From the NCBI GenBank assembly GCA_032718475.1, contig JAUCBJ010006599.1, forward strand, positions 1 to 64,000: a stretch of DNA of 64,000 bases, written 5' to 3'. A program made the translations under genes and the position numbers. Position 1 is the first letter of the stretch. Each line of letters starts with the position of its first letter. The notes beneath the pieces are model-generated. The model saw nothing but the letters and a program-made list of their open reading frames with translations. It searched no databases and was not told where the DNA came from. Shown here in pieces: positions 38,652 to 50,890 of this stretch. Source of the DNA: Nemertoderma westbladi (lineage: Eukaryota > Animalia > Xenacoelomorpha).

Positions 38652-40514
38652 GAATGAATAACTCTGTCGAACCCAGCGCCAGCAGATGGAGGATGAGTAG
38701 GCCTATCGGTATCAGATCTCTCGCCTTTCCGCATGTTTTCGTGCCAGATGCGCATATGGCTGGATGGGGTACCGTTTAACGTACATACGTCAGTACGTAT
38801 TTCTGTATGCTTGTATGTAGTTCCAGTTACCAGTATCAGAGTATATATGAGTGATAGCCTACTGACTGACTGACATCTAAAGCAACAAAGAGTCTAGTCA
38901 CATCACAAGTCCTGAAGTCCATAAGTCAGGCAGTCAGGTGCAGCTGTCAGGAGCTATGAATAGGACATACCGGTAGCGGTAATTCCTTCAGTTCTGCAGT
39001 TAGTCAGTACTGCAGTAAGGGCGGAGGGAGAGGGAGCCTAAAGGCGAAAGGCCTCCATTGTCCATTCTGCCAGTTCAAATTTCCCTCTCCGCTATTTTTG
39101 GCCCAAACGGCAAGATAAAAAACATACCATTACAACTTTTGGCCCAAACGGCAAGATAAAAAAACATACCATTATAACTTTTGGCCCAAACGGCAAGATA
39201 AAAAAACATACCATTACAACTTTTTAATATAATATGTTTTTTTTATTTTTGGCCCAAACGGCGCCCCATACATTTTACCCTATCTAAGTTGTGGAGAAAA
39301 CGATTTGCAATTCTTGTTAAAATAAAAACATATGTTTATGTTGCTATGGAAATAATCTCACTGCGGCACTCCATTGGATAGTTCTCAAGTTTGTACTGTA
39401 ATATTATATGATGACAGAAGGTCAATTATTATTCTAGTAGTGTACAGTACGTTATTGTTCTGATGTTATGTTACCCCTCGATTGTTAGGCCTATACTTTA
39501 GTGACAAATATCACGTTAGAATGGACACCACTCGAAGAGCATCTGAAAAACTTAACAGATGTCTTTCGGACTTGTACTAGGCCGCCTACAAAGATTCGCC
39601 AAAAGCTAACTCACGATCAGGATAGTTGTTTTTTTTAGCGGTTAAGGTAGAAAGTGAAGATTACACTAGAGTAGATTAATATTGCATTTTATTACAGTAG
39701 TGATGTTAAATAATTGGTGTATGGTAAATTACATTGCAATATATTAGTTTGGTATTAACACTTGACATATGTGCGGACCCTTGGTCCTCTCTTAGTGTAC
39801 TAGTCCTTCTAGACTAAATGGAAAATGGAATTTTAATAATTTATGATTCGAATTTTAATGTAACTATTGTAATTCTGTAGGAGCAACATCACACTCAACT
39901 TCAAGATCAGTCTATCAGTGAACCGGGGCGTCGACTGGCGCTCAGCTTGGTGAACAGGAATCTGTTATGTGATGACAGGATCAGGACCGAGGAATCATCA
40001 AGGAAATAGCAAACCACAATATCAGTCGGTGGTTGTATTTCGGTCGCAATTTTTTTATTGCTGTTGCGGCATAATTTTACATTATTGCTGTTGCAGCTGT
40101 CTGTAATTCGAGCTTATCACTTATTTCTATCACCGTTTTAATTATGGTTAAGGTCGCCACTACTGTAAACAACCACATAAAATGAGTTGTAATTCGGTGG
40201 CATTTGGGTGGGCATATGAACGATAACTTCGAGTTAAAAAGTATGTACAATCTTTCATATTTGTAAATTACCGGTATTGTTACTTGCTTTTTTTAACTTT
40301 ATTATACTATCGTACTGTTTGTCAATGAAGACATACAAAGAGGAATCAAAAATACTTGATCTTCTTCAAGTGCTCTGTGCTTCGAGTTAAAATCTGTTGT
40401 GCTTTGATTATACAATCTTTCATATTTGTTAATAAATTATTGTGACTTGTTTTTATAACTTTATGTTACTACCGTACTGTCAGACTAGTTGTCTCTCATC
40501 ACCGTTTTTCAAAA

Positions 40515-41335
40515 CGAACTTAGATCCTCCAAGGCCTGACTTTGATGAACTTAGATCTTTCCGAACTTAGGTCCTTTCTGGGTGAACTTAGATCCTAACT
40601 AGGTGAATTTAGATCCTAAATAGGTGAACTTAGATCCTAGCTGGGTGAACTTAGATCCTAACTAGGTGAACTTAGATCCTAACTAGGTGAACTTAGATCC
40701 CAATTTATGCTATTAAAAGCCTTTGGTAATCATCATGCTAGTCGCGAAGCGAACTTAGATCCCGCTTTGAAAGCAAAGCAAACTTAGATCTTAGGTGGAC
40801 TTATAGATCCCAATTTATACAATTTCCTTAGCACACGCTAGACAGCTAGAGGAGAAGCGAACTTAGATCCCACGTGTACTGTGCGTGGGCCGCGTTCTAT
40901 CGATATTATAGTGTATTGTACTGTGTTTATTTAAGCATATAAAACTACTTATAATGATCTAATGCAAATAAGTCATACTGTCACACACTCAAAGTAGTTG
41001 CGATCAGTGACTCACCAACAAACTATAATTTGCCAATTATTAGCTGATTAATTGCAATGTATTGGTGGTGGGATCTAAGTTCGCTGCCCTTCAAGCGTGA
41101 TAATATTTACATTACTGTAAGGTCTGCTGGCCTATGTGAATGACATTTCACATTAACAGCTACGGTACAGCAATATATGCAAGGTGGGATCTAAGTTTGT
41201 ATGTTGAGGATCTAAGTTCCTATGGGAAGGATCTAAGTTCCTATGGGAAGGATCTAAGTTAGTATGGGAAGGATCTAAGTTCGTATGGTAAGGATCTATG
41301 TTCACCCAAGATCTAAGTTCGTTCAGGATCTAAGG
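40515..41335. mobile_element. Foldback-like MITE with gaacttagatcc / ggatctaagttc subterminal repeats
   Basis: About 13 forward copies at 40515-40870 (21-bp period in part) and about 9 inverted copies at 41070-41335. Exact ends and TSD not resolved. Confidence 0.72.
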
Positions 41336-41828
41336 TGCTCTAGGCTCTAAAGCCGGGGAGGGGAACCGCCAGCAGCCAGTGCAGCAGTGCATAGGCCTAC
41401 TACAGTCGTAACCCCTGAATGTGCGCCTCCTACATCAGTACAGCTAGCACTGTAGCAGTACATAGCTACCATCAATTTGTCACTACATGCAATAGGCCTA
41501 CTGCAATAGGCAGGCAGACTGGCAGATCACTATCTGACTATGGCAGATACTGAGATAGTCCTAGCAATTTACTATACCGGTCAGCCGGTACCTTCAGGGA
41601 GTCAGGCCTGCAGACTGACCGGCAGACCGGTACACGGTAATACTGAATACTGTAATACAGTACCGGTACCTAATACTGTAATACTGTCTGACTGTAATAT
41701 ACTGATATACAGATATAGGCCTAGTTCAGATAACTGAATAATAACCTGCAGACCTGACAGCCTGATACCGGCAGACCGGTAGCTGGATAGGCCTACTGGT
41801 AACTGACTCTATATGCTATAATCTGATA

Positions 41829-43382
41829 ATGGATGATGATAACATTAAACAGGGCCGAGATTCCCCGTTATTTGGGGACGACGACAACCCGAGTAGCGAG
41901 GGGGAGCTATTCGACGACGCGCCGGAGCCAAAAACAACTCCGCGTGCCGACGACCCCGGTGCCGCAAGCGTCTTCCTGGACGCGAAATCTTCGCCGATAG
42001 CGGCCCCCCGACACGATGGCGACGCCGCCACGTTCCCGGCGGAGATCTCCCTGGAGGACGACTCGGAGCCAACTAGTCCGTCGCATCCGGAACCCGCCCC
42101 TACGGCTCCGGTCAGCAGCATCTTCGAGGATTCCAACGAGATGCCGCCAAAACCGGCGGCGCGATTCGTGTCGATAACGACGGACCTCCACAACGGACAC
42201 GCCCCCAGCGATCCCGACGGCCGCTACATCGAGATTTCCGTGACGGACCCGCATAAAGTCGGGGACGGAATGATGTCCTCCTTTATGTCGTACAAAGTAA
42301 CAACGCGGACCAACTACCCCGGGTTCGGAAGTGACACCGAGTTCTCGGTGGAGCGAAGATTCTCCGACTTCCTCGGGTTATACCACCGACTCCTCGCGAA
42401 ACATCTCGACCTCGGACGAATCGTGCCTCCGGCGCCGGAGAAATCCGTCGTCGGAATGACGAAAGTGAAGATGTCCAAGTCGGATGCGCCGACAGAGAAC
42501 GAATCCTCGTGGGAGTTTATCGAACGTCGACGGATGGCCTTGGAGCGATACCTAAACCGAACCGCGATGCATCCCGTACTCCGTGGCGATGCCGAGTTTA
42601 TCGAGTTCCTCCAACGCGAACTCCTTCCAAAGTCGTCCAACTCCGCCGTCTCTGGGAGCAACTTGAAGAAGATGTTGACGAAAGCGGTGAGCGTCGCCGA
42701 GTCGATGATCGGGTCTACGAGCGAGGAGGACGACTGGTTTACCAACTCGCTGCGACACGCCGACCTGATGGAAGGGCAACTCCGCCGGCTGCTCCTCGGG
42801 GTGGAGCAGCTGGTGGAGTCCCGACGGGAGGTCGGCAAGTACTCGGGGCATCTCGCGCGTTCTGTCGCGCTGCTCAGCAACTGCGAAGAGAACGCGACAC
42901 TGCGACGCGCGCTCTCGGTGCTCGCGGACACGCAGGACGCGATCGAGCGCGTCCAAGCGGACCAATCGAACGCGGACTTCTATCTCCTCGCCGAGTTGGT
43001 TAAGGATTACATCGGGTTGATCGGCTCCCTCCGCGAGGTATTCCGTCAGCGGGATAAGTTGTTCGGGAGTTGGAACTCCGCGGAGGCGACGTTGGTGAAG
43101 AAACGCGAGAGCGAGTGTAAGTTACAGATGGCGGGGAAGCAAGATCGCGTGGCCGACGCTCAACGGGAGATCGGCGAGTGGGAAGACAAGGTGAACCGAG
43201 CCCAGGTCGCCTTCGATCTCATCTCCAAGAACATTAAGGAGGAAGTCGCGCGATTCGAAGAATTCAAATCAAAAGATTTTTCTGTTACTATAATTAAGTA
43301 TCTGGAATCTCTCGCCGAGAGTCAGGAACAATTAGTGAAGTCCTGGGAAGATTTCCTACCCGAAGCCAAAGCCATACAATAG
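41829..43382 (+). CDS. SNX1/SNX2: Sorting nexin 1/2 (PX-BAR, retromer-associated), 517 aa, single exon
   Basis: ISVTDPHKVGDGMMSSFMSYKVTT, VERRFSDFLGL, GRIVPPAPEKSVVGMTKVKMSK, FIERRRMALERYLNR, BAR helices, and C-terminal WEDFLPEAKAI. Confidence 0.96.
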   Translation: MDDDNIKQGRDSPLFGDDDNPSSEGELFDDAPEPKTTPRADDPGAASVFLDAKSSPIAAPRHDGDAATFPAEISLEDDSEPTSPSHPEPAPTAPVSSIFEDSNEMPPKPAARFVSITTDLHNGHAPSDPDGRYIEISVTDPHKVGDGMMSSFMSYKVTTRTNYPGFGSDTEFSVERRFSDFLGLYHRLLAKHLDLGRIVPPAPEKSVVGMTKVKMSKSDAPTENESSWEFIERRRMALERYLNRTAMHPVLRGDAEFIEFLQRELLPKSSNSAVSGSNLKKMLTKAVSVAESMIGSTSEEDDWFTNSLRHADLMEGQLRRLLLGVEQLVESRREVGKYSGHLARSVALLSNCEENATLRRALSVLADTQDAIERVQADQSNADFYLLAELVKDYIGLIGSLREVFRQRDKLFGSWNSAEATLVKKRESECKLQMAGKQDRVADAQREIGEWEDKVNRAQVAFDLISKNIKEEVARFEEFKSKDFSVTIIKYLESLAESQEQLVKSWEDFLPEAKAIQ

Positions 43383-44971
43383 TGTTAACTTGTAATTAAT
43401 CAGCCCTTTTGGTATAAATAATTATTTAGACATTTAATTATAATTTATTCCGTTTAATCGCACCACTTTATTACTCTGTGTATAATTATTGTGCTTTGCT
43501 TATGACGTCAGTTGCTGCGTGATTGTACCAGTAAAATCTTATCCAGATTTGCTTAAAATAATAGAATTTCCTTATTTATTGTAGTAGAATAAGCAACCAG
43601 ACAGCGGGGGGGGGGTCAACGCCAATGCTAGGATAATACATTTATTTGTGTTTTTTTAATCAATAAATATATTTTTCGCATCACTATCTGGTTGACTTCA
43701 GACATTCGTATAAAATTAGTAAAAGGTATCTAGGTATTGTATCTCGAAATCTATCGTGTAGAGATTCATTCGACATTACAAATCTTTTAAATCACAATTA
43801 ACCCTTTAGTGCCGAGAGCCATTTGACATTTTGGTGTTGCAGTAACGCCATGTGGGTTAATCGTTGTTGTAATTGTTTTTAATACCGATACTGCCAGTAG
43901 TGGCTGCCACTGCCTGTCCAATAGTAGGTAATTTTAGCTGATCTAAATCTCTATATGATTCTGATAGGTTGAGCAAGTATTTGTAGAAGTTCAAAAATCC
44001 AAAATATAGTGAATGTATCTTACTAACCAATAAAAGTTGGTACACAGATCGCAAATCTCCATCAATACTGTGAAACCGAAATTGGCAATGTCTGCAAAGC
44101 TTCAACTAATCATTCCGTTCTGCTATGGTGCCTGTTCAAATTGCTTTGTAAGTTTTAACGATGTAACTTGACGATGGATCTTTATTTATAAGCCTATAAA
44201 TCATGATCATGATGCATGATCATGATAAATCATGATGCCTATAAATTTCAATATCTTTCAAAAATAATATAAATCTTAATTTTCTTAACATCACTTGGGT
44301 TCTGTAAACTCCTCTCGACAGATTCATATCAACTCCACTTCACACCGCAATGTATTATTAGTCATGTTTGTATTGTGTATTGAGGACTTGGGGGGGGGTC
44401 CATGTCACAGAATTGCGACACTGTATACCACGACGTTAGAGATTTGGTATTACGTACTCTTAACTATTATTTCGTCCACGGACTGGTTATAATTATAAGT
44501 CTTATAACATGTCCGAGATGTTACTCTTCCAAAATATCCGTACAAAATAACAAATAACAGTTAAATAAAGATAGAGTTTTGTTGTCGAGTTCGCTATTTC
44601 TTATTCATATCATTATAATACTGTAATTTATGATTTAAATCAATATTTATTCCGTATAATTAAAATTAAATTTACATTCTTAAAAGCATTAATTAACTAC
44701 ATATAAGTACCGTATAAACATTGCATTAATTAACTAAGTATAAAACATTTGAAGATAATTGTTTTTGCACCAATAACACTGTTAAATATATCACGTAATT
44801 GTGCTGTACTGCTCCTAATTAAAACTAAAATAAATAAGTAAAATACGTAAATAAATACAACATTACTTCACTGTAATTCCGAATATAAGGGAGCATATTG
44901 GGATCAACTTGTGTATATAAGAGAAAAATATGGGACCGGCGGGTAGATCGATATTATTCGGCGCCTTTATG

Positions 44972-45646
44972 TCACTCCTGGCATTTTATCTGAAGGGTCT
45001 TCATGCCAACAATAAACCCCATCAGAAACGGGCCACCGAGCATGACAACCAAAGGAACCAAACAAATCCAAATATTACACTTTAGCCGAGCGCAGTTAAA
45101 CAAATTGAAATAAATATTTTTCCAGAACTCGAACCAAATTCCAATCATCATTAGCACCACAAAGACATCGATTGTCCAGTCAGATATTACTACCCAACCC
45201 CTGGCTGGACTGTATACTTTGCCGGTCGCATAGATAACCAAATAGGTTAAAGCGATACTAAAACGGAGGGACGCTAAACTGCTTTTTGTAATCACCTTTT
45301 GTCGGTTCATATTAAAATCTTCGTAAGCCTCATCCATTTCTGTCTGCAGCTCCTCAAATACCTCTAAATATTTCGTCTGGTTTTCGCGTTTTTTCCTGAA
45401 AACCGAAGCGATATATATAATCGGATGGCCGTAGTAAAGCAAAATGTTGCATTTAGAAACGGCGATTATAAATTCTATTAGAAGTAAAAGGAAGTTCAGT
45501 ATCTGTAGAAGAAGAAATGTCTGCTGGTGGTTAGCGCAATCCACCGACTTGCGTATCAGAGTTATTGTAGCGAATAGAATGTCTAAGCAACCAAATATCG
45601 CGAAAACAAATCCCAAGGAACCACAGAAAACCTGTTTCTTTGACAT
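44972..45646 (-). CDS. Orphan multi-pass membrane protein (~5 hydrophobic segments), 224 aa
   Basis: ATG-initiated 675-bp ORF in AT-rich DNA; hydrophobic helices separated by a charged loop; no family recognised. Confidence 0.55.
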   Translation of the reverse strand: MSKKQVFCGSLGFVFAIFGCLDILFATITLIRKSVDCANHQQTFLLLQILNFLLLLIEFIIAVSKCNILLYYGHPIIYIASVFRKKRENQTKYLEVFEELQTEMDEAYEDFNMNRQKVITKSSLASLRFSIALTYLVIYATGKVYSPARGWVVISDWTIDVFVVLMMIGIWFEFWKNIYFNLFNCARLKCNIWICLVPLVVMLGGPFLMGFIVGMKTLQIKCQE

Positions 45647-46139
45647 CCTATTATCGTTGGTATCTAATCTTATGTGTAATATAGTACAGTTCTACAGAAG
45701 TAGGCCTACTAGGTGGCCATGGCTGCATGGGCCAAGCCCGACTGGCAGACTGGCTGTAGGATACAAGCGGGTTCATAGAGTACAGATTCAATTGCTGAAT
45801 GGCTACCGCGGGAAATTTGAATTTCACTGTTTCTAGGCCTTCTATCTGTAACAAATAAGCACAAATAAGTAAAGAATGTGAGTTGCTAGGAAACTAAATA
45901 AATAAACATTGTTACGTTAGAGATTTTATTCCAAAATTGTAACATTACGTATTAACAGCGAGATGTTATTTAGCACTTTATAACTTTAGCTGTACATTTA
46001 GTATTGTATTGATGTATTATTATTTATGTAATGTCCCGACGGCATTGCTGTAAAGTGATGCCGTCATGGTTACGAAATAAACAATAGTAGGTATTTATTA
46101 TTAATTGTCTGGCAGCCAGGTAGGTCTACTGCATTACCT

Positions 46140-47510
46140 AAAGTAAAAAGTAAATTTTCTTCGGCCGCCAGGCCAGGGATTGCGCACAAAGTCTGTCAAC
46201 TTATTACCAGTGCGGTCCCCCCAGAACTTTACTCCCCAGAGGAAACTCCAGTACTCATTTAGCTACCACTTAGGATGCAAGGCAAAGATGCGCCCTGGCC
46301 GGTCCCTTTAAGGGGGGGTTAACCCCCAGTCTTTTTTTTCATCATATTTTTTTTAATGTGTTTTCCGATGTGAAATTTTATGGTAATTCCGAATCTGATA
46401 TCACTTTTTCGATAAGGTATTTTGTTCTCGAGTTATGGCAACTTTTGTAATTTTCACCCAAAATTTCAAATTTTTAAATTTTGGTGCAGCACCACATTTG
46501 ACACCAAAAATTACCATCAAACACCCATAAATGTGCAAATATTTTGCCATTTTCGGAATCAGCGCCTAAAATTAGCCTATAGGTATCAAAACCACGAAAG
46601 TTAGATTATATTTAAAAATTTGAAAAAATTTTCACTTTTGGTGCATGTTTGGTCAGTTGTAATAAGGATGAAATTTAAATGTCATTTTTCTCGTATTGGC
46701 TTTTTTGGGACACTTTCTCTATCTACTTTTTAACTACTCAACGGATTTTCGTTCTGTTTGCAGAATTATGTAGAGGAATATTCCCCGCAAAAATTGAATA
46801 GACAGAATTTTGAAATTTTGCTTTAAAAAAAAAGTTATAGCATTTTTCGTTTAAAAAATACCGAAAAATCTAAAAAATCCAAAATTTAGCGATTTTTTAC
46901 ACAAAAAATGCCATAACTTTTTTTTGAAAAAAAATTTCAAAATTCTGTCATTCAATTTTTGCGGCGAATATTCCTCTACATAATTCTGCAAACAGAACGA
47001 AAATCCGTTGAGTAGTTAAAAAGTAGATAGAGAAAGTGTCCCAAAAAAAGCCAATGCGAGAAAAATGACATTTAAATTTCATCCTGATAACAACTGACCA
47101 AACATGCACCAAAAGTGAAAATTTTTTCAAATTTTTCAAATATAATCTACTTTCGTGGTTTTGATACCTATAGGCTAATTTTAGGCGCTGATTCCGAAAA
47201 TGGCAAAATATTTGCAAATTTATGGGTGTTTGATGGTAATTTTTGGTGTCAAATGTGGTGCTGCACCAAAATTTAAAAATTTGAAATTTTGGGTGAAAAT
47301 TACAAAAGTTGCCATAACTCGAGAACAAAATACCTTATCGAAAAACTGATTTCAGATTCGGAATTACCATAAAATTTCACATCGGAAAACACATTAAAAA
47401 AAAATATGATGAAAAAAAAGACTGGGGGTTAACCCCCCCTTAAAGCATTCGTGCCGAAACGAGAACTGCCCTGCCCCATTTGAGGATCGAACCCACGACC
47501 TACGGGAGAT
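46140..47510 (-). mobile_element. tRNA-derived SINE split by the palindromic MITE
   Basis: Minus-strand B box GGTTCGATCC (~47484-47493). Central gccttgcatcctaagtggtagctaaatgagtact (~46251-46283) resembles the 35841 SINE core. Tail tttactttttacttt. Confidence 0.62.
46312..47439. mobile_element. Palindromic non-autonomous DNA transposon with TTAA TSD (Kolobok-like), 1128 bp
   Basis: TTAA|GGGGGGGTTAACCCCCAGTC...GACTGGGGGTTAACCCCCCC|TTAA; near-identical inverted arms of ~540 bp. Confidence 0.88.
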
Positions 47511-48695
47511 GTGAATTAAATGCAACCACTACCAAGGTGGAACCTACCGGTAGGCGGTAGCTATTAATAACCAGTAGCTATGAACTATTACCACTGCTCC
47601 AAACGCCACCATAAATATAAGCTAACTTTTTTATGACCTAATTTATGTCTATTTAAACAGCAACTAATTTAATTTGTGCAGTTTCTATCACTTATCATGT
47701 ATATGTACAATCATTTCGTAATGTTAAAATATTGGAATAAAACTACATACATACTTGTTGCAAAGTACTTTACAGTGTTCTGATCCTCTTATGGCTTTAT
47801 TTTCACTCACTCACTAACGTTCGTTCGTGTAACAAAGCCACTCGGATCATCACACTGTAAAGTGCTACTTTACACACAAGTATGTAAATAGTTATTACCG
47901 TCTGGGGGCGGTAGCAACTGTTATGAAATACAGGTTTCTTCCATAAGCGTAAGGGTGTATGCTCTTAAATTCGTCTTCCTATTGATCCATTTTTTAAATG
48001 TAATATTCTTAGCCAAAGATTAAAGAGTCCTAATATTATCCTACTGTAGTAGAGTCCTAGTACTCATAGTATTATTTAAACTAAAAATTGTTTCTTTTCA
48101 CAAATGTTTGTAAACTTGGACAATTTCACAGCTTTAATACAGTACTATACTAGACCACGCCCATATACTGAGCAAAGTATATATTTATTATCTCAAAATA
48201 CACTACCAGCCGCATTATACTCTGCCTGAAACTGGCCAAAACAATTACTACTTTTTTATTTTTAAAATATAAAACTTTGTTCTTGAATTTCAAGCCGATT
48301 CCCCCTCAATTCTCTCTTACATCCTTTGGGCGAAGGGTTAGTGATTGTTACTGTTGAAGTTTTACTAGTATTTTCAATATTGGTGAAAAATTTGCAACCC
48401 ATGTGTACCACCATCGCACAAAACAATAGAAGAGTTATGTAGTTAACATTCGCCCGGAAGTTGTTATTACATTTCTTTCATTTCTTGCAAATTAATTTGA
48501 TGCAGTATCAGCCGCTATCCTTCCGGTAAAACAATGAATAACGTAATCTCGCATTAATATGTATTAATACCGGCTCCAGCCTATGACCCCGTATGAATTT
48601 TATATATGACTCAGCCACCCTACATATATGTTTAGTACAGATATGAGACATTAAAAAAATTGGGTAGACTTCACGAAATGGTTGTGCTCGTTTTT

Positions 48696-50890
48696 TACTA
48701 CTACTGCTAGGTCGAGCGAACTCGGACAGTGGAAATGAGATCCTTCCAGGCTTCCCGATTCTCCATAGTTGTCGCAATTTCGTTTCTCCCAAGTTCAGTA
48801 TCCCTTTCAAGTTGATCTATATGTTATGGCCGGTCGTCCACGACTACGCTTTCCAGAGTTGGTTGCCAGAAAAGTAGATCTGGTATAACCTCGTCTTTAC
48901 TTCGCCAGCAGTGCCCACTGAATCTTATTCTGCGTTCACGGAGGGTGGTTGATACAGGCGGTATTGTACCATAAAGCTCGGCGTTTGTCATGTGTTGTCT
49001 CCAGCTGATGTTTAGGGCTGCCCTTGGTAGTCTTGTGTAGCAACCATCAATTCGTTCTTCAAGTAATTTCAGTGCCCAGGTCTCACCCCCGTATAAAAAT
49101 ACACTTTCCACTGTGGCTCGAAAGAACTTAGTCTTCAGGTGCCTGGAGAGATCTGATTTCCAGATGGTATCCATTTTTGATAGAGCTACCCAAGCCTTTG
49201 CTTTCCTAACTTCTTGTCCTTTTTGCTACTCTCTATCCATGATCCAAGGTACTGAAAGTCGTCGACCTTCCTTAGTTGATTATTGTCAATGGTTGTCAAG
49301 TTTCCATCAACATTATAGGTCATTAATTCGGTCATGGTAGCATTTATATGCAATCCAACCTCCTTAGCAGCCCTCTCCACTTTATTTAGTAGAAGCTGTG
49401 CATCTGCTAGCGTATTAGAGAGCAGAGCAGGGCGATGTCATCCGCAAAGTCGGTGTCTGTGACTGTAGTTGCCGGATATCTACTACTTCTGCGTTCTTGA
49501 AGTGTTCTTCACCCTTTGTGGCCGTCCTCATTGCGTAATCCAGCACAATTACAAATACAGTAGTAATGGTGCTAATGTGTCACCTTGCAGTCAGCCACCA
49601 GCCAGGATTGAGAAAAACTCAGTTTCACCATCTGGTGAGAGTACCTGCGCTTCTGTGTCACAATATAACAATCCAATGCCAGCAACAATTACTTCTGGTA
49701 TTCCATAAGCTCTTAGGATTTCAAGCATTTTACCTCTATGGATGGAGTCGAGTGCCTTCTTGAAGTCCACAAAAGTCATGACTGCGGGGAGATTCTTTGA
49801 CTTAATTCCTTCAATCAGTCTCCGTAGTGCAAGTATCTGAGCTATTGTTGATCTACTTGGTCGAAATACGTTTTGGCTCTTACGCAGTAGTTTCTCTATG
49901 TGAGGCCTAATCCTATATAGAATCATTTTATTGTATATTTTGGCAGCTACCACAAGCAGACAGATCCCACGATAGTTTGTTGGTATGCCGAGGTCTCCTT
50001 TCTTGGGGAGAGGCTTTAGTTGACCTTTAGTCCAAATTGGTGGTGGCTTTTCCCCTTTTAACATCCGGTTGCAAACATTCAATAATGGTCTGTTTAGCAC
50101 TCCGGTTTTCCATACCTCCGCAGTGATTTCATCTAATCCAATCACTTTATTATTGGACATGTTTTTAATGCTTCTTTGGAGTTCGGCAGGTGTGAAGTCC
50201 CCTGTTTCTATAGGTAGTGTCTTGTCATATATTATCCTTGTAGGGCTGACCTCGATGTTTGGTGGGTTCGATGTTTACGAGCTCTATGCCTCGCAGTTGA
50301 TCATGCTGATTCTCCACTTTTTGTTTATAAGGATGTAATCCAGTTGTGCTTTGGTTCCATTAGGGTATTGAAAGGTCCGTAGCTTCCCCTTACTCTTTTC
50401 GAATGTGTTGTTTGTTGGTATCATTCACATTCTTCCATTAGGTCTAAAAGTAAGTACCCATTTCTGTTAGAACTGGTGTTATAGGTGTAACCCTTGATGT
50501 CTTCTGGGCCAATTTGCGCATTCAGGTCACCAGCAATGACTTTAACATTGTGTTTCGGAATGTCCTTTATAAGTCCAGTCAGATCTTCATAAAACTTGAC
50601 TGCTTGTTCTGGCTCTGAGGCATTGGTTGGACTGTAGCAACATATAACTGTTGCCTTGGGATTCCCATAAAATGTTGCCTGGAATTTATAGATTCGATGT
50701 TGTTTAGGGTCTTATGTGCAAATGGGCTTAGCAGAATTCCTACTCCACCAATTGATGCATTGGCCGAGTTTCTTACTGCTGAGCCCGTTACTAACGTCCA
50801 TCCATTTCCAATGTCATTGTACTTCATGGCAGTGTCTTCATGACAAATCCGATGTTCTTGGATGCAGATGATGTCGATTTTATATTCCAT
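48696..50890 (-). mobile_element. RTE-clade LINE (family A), decayed, APE endonuclease through RT and (TAG)n tail, with internal deletion
   Basis: IDIICIQEHR, GGVGILLSP, GLDEITAEVWK, PKKGDL..NYRGICLL, MTFVDFKKALDSI. 3' part closely matches 10789-11758. Confidence 0.93.

Larger units (their letters stand above)
34018..39270. mobile_element. IS3EU-type DNA transposon, 5253 bp, two convergent ORFs
   Basis: TIRs TATGGGGCGCCGTTTGGGCCAAAAATAAAAAAAACATATTATATTAAAAAGTT at both ends, ~42-bp subterminal repeats, and an exact 6-bp TSD CATTTT (34012-34017 and 39271-39276). TAY..RTA termini with a 6-bp TSD fit IS3EU. Confidence 0.9.

Noticed and set aside
41816-43003. Overlapping antisense and alternate-frame ORFs in SNX1/2
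   Set aside because: Expected shadow ORFs of GC-rich coding sequence.
46422-47328. Two ORFs with the same N-terminus on opposite strands
   Set aside because: Mirror translations of the palindromic MITE arms.
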